Positions 63,609-64,000 of a stretch of 64,000 bases of DNA are shown one piece after another. Position 1 is the first letter of the stretch; each line of letters starts with the position of its first letter. The notes beneath the pieces are model-generated. The model was not told where the DNA came from, did no database searches, and saw only the letters and a list, made by a program, of their open reading frames with translations. The stretch covers positions 1 to 64,000 of IMG/VR virus record IMGVR_UViG_3300021561_000002; one strand, written 5' to 3'. A program made the position numbers and the translations under genes. Origin of the DNA: a virus. Its lineage: Duplodnaviria; Caudoviricetes.

Positions 63609-64000
63609 ATGAAGAAGGTCATCGAGTGGGTCAAGTCGAATCCCGTGGTGGCTTTGGTCTTCGTCATCCTGCTTCTTCTGCTCGCTTTCACGGGCGACAA
63701 GTTGCGGAAGACGGAGACCAAGCTGGTCACGACCGTAGAGGAGAAGAGCGTTCTCCAAAAGAATCTCGACATGAGCGCAAGCGAGTTCGCTGAATATAAG
63801 AAGAACGTTCAGCAAAGCTCCCGGCACTATGTCAGCTACTACGAGAATGGGAACAAGAGCAAGGAGTGGTGGATTCTCAAGTCCAACTCAAGCTCTAGCG
63901 GTTCTTCGTCCTCTTCCGTTACGGTTCATGAGGCCGTGACCATCACCGTGACGAAGGCCGTCACCGTGGTCGAGACGAGGACGGAGCAGGTCGGCCGCCA
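63609..64000 (+). CDS. Membrane-anchored protein, possible i-spanin (3' truncated by the window edge)
   Basis: MKKVIEWVKSNPVVALVFVILLLLLAFTG, a single N-terminal TM helix followed by a helical soluble region; open to the window end. Confidence 0.45.
   Translation, partial: MKKVIEWVKSNPVVALVFVILLLLLAFTGDKLRKTETKLVTTVEEKSVLQKNLDMSASEFAEYKKNVQQSSRHYVSYYENGNKSKEWWILKSNSSSSGSSSSSVTVHEAVTITVTKAVTVVETRTEQVGR

Noticed and set aside
1-64000. tRNA, rRNA, terminase, integrase or attachment sites
   Set aside because: I recognised no cloverleaf, Walker A/terminase or recombinase motifs by eye. A tRNAscan-SE or HMM search would be needed to exclude them formally.

Overview
The window is a 64-kb segment of a large, GC-rich, contractile-tailed (myovirus-type) dsDNA phage genome, with every credible gene on the + strand. 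Layout: (1) 1-10.8 kb, about 35 small accessory/early-type genes, including an MmcB-like PD-(D/E)xK nuclease, a YkgJ-type Cys-cluster protein, a DEDD exonuclease and a cyclic-phosphate-processing receiver domain. (2) 10.8-25.0 kb, four very large acidic ORFs (about 3,980 aa in total) built from 50-100 aa modules joined by a recurring basic linker ending in [KR]-x-A, plus a head-fibre/decoration-like gene. (3) 25.0-34.6 kb, head module: intein-containing portal, MuF/gp7-like protein, prohead protease-scaffold, decoration protein and major capsid protein. (4) 34.7-62.3 kb, neck, long fibre, sheath, tube, frameshifted tail chaperone, tape measure and baseplate genes. (5) 62.3-64 kb, GH73 endolysin with holin-like and spanin-like genes. 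I saw no terminase, replication genes, integrase, tRNA, rRNA or CRISPR array. The most striking unexplained structure is the modular polyprotein cluster. Its linker motif recurs in the protease/scaffold and other head proteins, but I did not see it in tail proteins. I infer a set of head-packaged polyproteins that the prohead protease cuts into dozens of small cargo proteins, with exact in-frame module duplications showing the array is still being shuffled. All family assignments come from motif recognition by eye; no database search was run.
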